From positions 11,816 through 22,028 of the forward strand of contig NVWC01000005.1 of the NCBI GenBank assembly GCA_002317795.1: DNA of 10,213 nucleotides, written 5' to 3'. The stretch comes from Nitrososphaerota archaeon (lineage in GTDB: Archaea; Thermoproteota; Nitrososphaeria; Nitrososphaerales; Nitrosopumilaceae). Positions 7,604 to 10,213 of this stretch are shown here, in pieces (within the stretch, counting starts at the first letter, position 1; each line of letters begins with the position of its first letter). Below the pieces are notes generated by a model. The model made no database searches. It worked only from the letters and a program-made list of their open reading frames with translations, and was not told where the DNA came from. The position numbers were made by a program, and so were the translations under genes.

Positions 7604-7890
7604 CGCAACAATACAAGCAAAAAATACACACAGAATTCTACAATCGTACAAACTAGCAGAAAGTACTAGAAATTACAATTACGAAATAGTACAACGTATG
7701 ATTTTGTACTTTATGTATTATGGTAATCCATAGGTGTATTGTTTATGAAATTCTAGGTGTATGATGTAAAAGTCAGGTGTATTTTGTACAATACGATTTT
7801 GTATTTTCTCATATCTAATACGTACTGAATTTTGTATTTTTTGTACTTGTGATAATTGTATGTGTATTTAGTTTTGTATTTTTGTTTGCG
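7604..7890. repeat. ~290-bp degenerate palindromic region of TACA/TGTA motifs
   Basis: The left end CGCAACAATACAAGCAAAAAATACACA resembles the reverse complement of the right end, CGCAAACAAAAATACAAAACTAAATACACA. AGGTGTAT occurs at 7732, 7755 and 7775. Confidence 0.6.
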
Positions 7891-7975
7891 GAATAATTTT
7901 TGAATTCTTTACTGATATTGAATGACTATAACCTTTGAGAAATTTTACGTTGTAATGATTTCTCTTCAGATTCAT
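7868..7975 (-). pseudogene. cas1: 5' remnant of a second solo Cas1 (thaumarchaeal casposase type)
   Basis: MNLKRNHYNVKFLKGYSHSISVKNSKII|PQTKIQN*. The first 28 aa match the Cas1 first beta-strand pattern (compare LLLSGFGISITVDKRKLVI in the intact gene) and the recalled NHYNVKFLxGYGxSISVKxxKI start of Nitrosopumilus Cas1-solo proteins. Confidence 0.7.
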
Positions 7976-8070
7976 CACTTTGATTTACTAATCCGTCCAA
8001 TGATCACTACAGAAATTGCAATTATGAAAACTACAACAACTGCAATTCGACCATAGTCTGATGCTCGCAT
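7975..8070 (-). CDS. 31-aa single-pass membrane peptide
   Basis: MRASDYGRIAVVVVFIIAISVVIIGRISKSK*: a hydrophobic core with a basic tail. Its stop overlaps the cas1-remnant start as TGATG. Confidence 0.55.
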   Translation of the reverse strand: MRASDYGRIAVVVVFIIAISVVIIGRISKSK

Positions 8071-8082
8071 GGTGTCTGTATT

Positions 8083-8132
8083 ACTAGTTTGAATTCAATG
8101 TTGTTGAAACATTTGAAATTTCTAAAACTAGT
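8083..8132. other. Bulged ~50-bp hairpin immediately after the HTH gene stop
   Basis: ACTAGTTT-GAA-TTCA-ATGTT-gttga-AACAT-t-TGAA-at-TTC-ta-AAACTAGT. Confidence 0.5.
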
Positions 8133-8136
8133 TGAC

Positions 8137-8643
8137 TCAATTCCCATCTCCATAAATTTCATAAAATTCGGGTTCTTCAATTTTATCTTGTATTTTAATT
8201 AGGTTTGTAGAATTTGTTTCCAAAACATGAAAATCTCCATTTACATCTTTAATTCTCTTGTTTTTGAATCGTAATAGTAATTTAGAGTTTCCAGTTTCTA
8301 AAAATCGTTTTACATCATTTAGATATCTTCCAATAATAGATGCATTTCGAGAATCATTAATCTCAATAGATATTTCTCGTCCATTCTCTTTAATCTTCAT
8401 TACACGTGATATTTTGTCATATTTTTTTGGAATCCATTTTTGATTAATTTTCTTAAATCCATTTGTATTGTTAATGACAGTTTTTACTGACATTCCAAAA
8501 TCTTTTGCAATTCTTGATAATGATTTTGTTGATTTTCTAGATTTACTCAAAACTTCAAGTGAGCGTTCTCGGAATAATTTTTGTCTAGATGTTAGATTAT
8601 TCCATGATTTTTTGAAAACTGGAATTCTTTTTCTATTCACCAA
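8137..8643 (-). CDS. Basic HTH DNA-binding protein of the type associated with casposons; probable start TTG 8643 or GTG 8640 (track start 8685)
   Basis: HTH-like segment KSLSRIAKDFGMSVKTV, C-terminal ASIIGRYLNDVKRFLETG..LLRFKNKRIKD..G..HVLET, a GGAG upstream, and divergent position next to solo cas1. Confidence 0.65.
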   Translation of the reverse strand: MVNRKRIPVFKKSWNNLTSRQKLFRERSLEVLSKSRKSTKSLSRIAKDFGMSVKTVINNTNGFKKINQKWIPKKYDKISRVMKIKENGREISIEINDSRNASIIGRYLNDVKRFLETGNSKLLLRFKNKRIKDVNGDFHVLETNSTNLIKIQDKIEEPEFYEIYGDGN

Positions 8644-8925
8644 ATCATACTCTCCAAGCCAGTTTTTGTACAAAGATAGGCACAAATTTGTCTGATTTGA
8701 GTTAAAAAATCACTCATTACAACAAAAAATAAGCTATTTAGTCTTTTTATATCTAAAAGCATTTTTGAGTAAAAATCGTGAAAAATAATTGGACTCAACA
8801 AATGAAATTTATGTAAATTAACCTATTAAAGGTAAAATTGGGTTTTTAGAAAAAATTGGAATTACAAAATAACAAAAGAATGATTTCTACACAACTCCTT
8901 AATGGTATGATCAATACAAAAATCA

Positions 8926-10167
8926 ATGAATCCTCTTTTACTTTCTGGTTTTGGGATTTCAATCACAGTTGACAAAAGAAAACTAGTCATTAACAACAAG
9001 CCAAAAAATGAGAAACTAGAGTTCTATCCACACAAGATTAGTCATGATGGAATAGTAATTGATGGACATTATGGAAATGTTTCTTTTGAAGCATTACGTT
9101 GGTTATCAAAACATGACATTTCACTATCTTTGTTAAACTGGAATGGTAAACTCCTTAGTGTTACATTACCCGATACTCCAAAATCAGGAAGACTACGAGT
9201 ATCACAATATCAAAAGTATTTGGATAATGACTTTCGATTTAAAATAGCAATTAAAATAATTAATAACAAAATTAGTAATTCATTAAATCTTTTAAAAGAA
9301 CTATCAAAGTTTTATGATGTTGTAAATGTTTTAAACTTTAAAAAGACTATTCATAAGGAAGAACAATATTTTAAAAACAATTTAAAAGATTTTAAATTTA
9401 AAACTAGTCATGATTCTTTAAAATATTTAAAATCATTAATGACGTATGAGGGTAGAATGGCCATACTTTACTGGTCAGAACTAGAAAAAATCTTTAAAAT
9501 TTTAAAACCAGAATTTAACTTTAAAACAAGAAAGAGTAAGGAATCATCAAGAAATTATAATGCATCAGATGAGATTAATTCTCTTTTAAATTATGGATAC
9601 TCCATTTTAGAGTCTGAAGTTAGAAAGGCAATTAATTCTGTAGGCCTTGATCCCTCCATCGGGTTCTTACATGAGATTACCCAGAGCAGAACTCCACTAG
9701 TATATGACCTTCAGGAACTATTCAGATGGATTGTAGAACTATCTGTCATTCAATTATTGGAACAAAATAGCCTCAAAAAGTCTGATTTTGTGACTACTGA
9801 GAACTATCATACTAGACTCAAAGAGAATACTGCCAGTCTGCTAATTGATACTATGAGGTTTAATTTTGCCCTAAAGGTACCCTACAAGTCTGGAAAAAAC
9901 TACCTGTATTCAGTGATTCTTGAGGATAATGTAAAACAACTTGCAAATCACATTTTAAACAAAACTACAAAATTCGAGATTGTAATTCCAAAAATATCTT
10001 TACAAAGAAATGATGTTGTATCATTAAGAAACAAGATAGAATTAATGACGCCTGAGCAAAGAAAACAATTAGGAATTAACAAATCAACTTTGTGGTATCT
10101 TAAAAAGAATTTAAAAAATAATAAAAGTTTTAAAATTTATGATAAAGTGTTGACAAAGATTCAGTGA
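8926..10167 (+). CDS. cas1: Solo Cas1 endonuclease (casposase) with a C-terminal HTH extension
   Basis: Catalytic Glu/His/acidic motifs are intact (MTYEGRMA, ASDEINSLLNYGYSILE, GLDPSIGFLHE, LVYDLQE). C-terminal HTH-like TPEQRKQLGINKSTLWYLKK; 413 aa; no cas2 or array nearby. Confidence 0.93.
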   Translation: MNPLLLSGFGISITVDKRKLVINNKPKNEKLEFYPHKISHDGIVIDGHYGNVSFEALRWLSKHDISLSLLNWNGKLLSVTLPDTPKSGRLRVSQYQKYLDNDFRFKIAIKIINNKISNSLNLLKELSKFYDVVNVLNFKKTIHKEEQYFKNNLKDFKFKTSHDSLKYLKSLMTYEGRMAILYWSELEKIFKILKPEFNFKTRKSKESSRNYNASDEINSLLNYGYSILESEVRKAINSVGLDPSIGFLHEITQSRTPLVYDLQELFRWIVELSVIQLLEQNSLKKSDFVTTENYHTRLKENTASLLIDTMRFNFALKVPYKSGKNYLYSVILEDNVKQLANHILNKTTKFEIVIPKISLQRNDVVSLRNKIELMTPEQRKQLGINKSTLWYLKKNLKNNKSFKIYDKVLTKIQ

Positions 10168-10213
10168 ATTCTTTTAAAATTTATAATTTTAAATCGAGAA
10201 ATCGTGCATATTT

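Larger units (their letters stand above)
7868..10213. mobile_element. Casposon or casposon-derived region; boundaries undetermined
   Basis: Solo cas1-HTH, a divergent HTH gene and a second cas1 remnant. No TIR pair, target-site duplication or polB is identifiable in the window. Confidence 0.65.

Noticed and set aside
7521-7733. ~70-codon stop-free plus-strand frame
   Set aside because: No convincing start or motif, and it overlaps the low-complexity TACA array.
8258-8695. Two short plus-strand ORFs (61 and 75 aa)
   Set aside because: Antisense shadows of the HTH gene.
8926-10167. cas1 as part of a canonical CRISPR-Cas locus
   Set aside because: No cas2, cas4, effector genes or array in the window; the C-terminal HTH and gene context fit a casposase. 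Sequence beyond 10213 is unseen.

Overview
AT-rich archaeal DNA whose gene content points to Nitrosopumilus-like Thaumarchaeota (Nitrososphaerota); all family assignments are from motif recognition, not database searches. Bases 1-1795 look like core genome: the 3' end of a degenerate PLD-like gene, a tRNA-splicing endonuclease subunit, ribosomal protein L10e/uL16 and a small hypothetical gene. From ~2040 the window is an accessory island containing a broken RNase H-fold exonuclease gene, a C1q/BclA-like protein, a phasin-like protein with a 27-bp tandem repeat, a secreted surface protein bracketed by a recurring palindromic site, and a TylF-type O-methyltransferase. The right end is a casposon-type module: an intact solo Cas1 (casposase) with a C-terminal HTH, divergent from an HTH gene. 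No cas2, CRISPR array or polB is visible. Missing from the ORF track is what looks like the 5' remnant of a second, different casposase (7868-7975, minus), which breaks off exactly at the edge of a ~290-bp degenerate palindrome.
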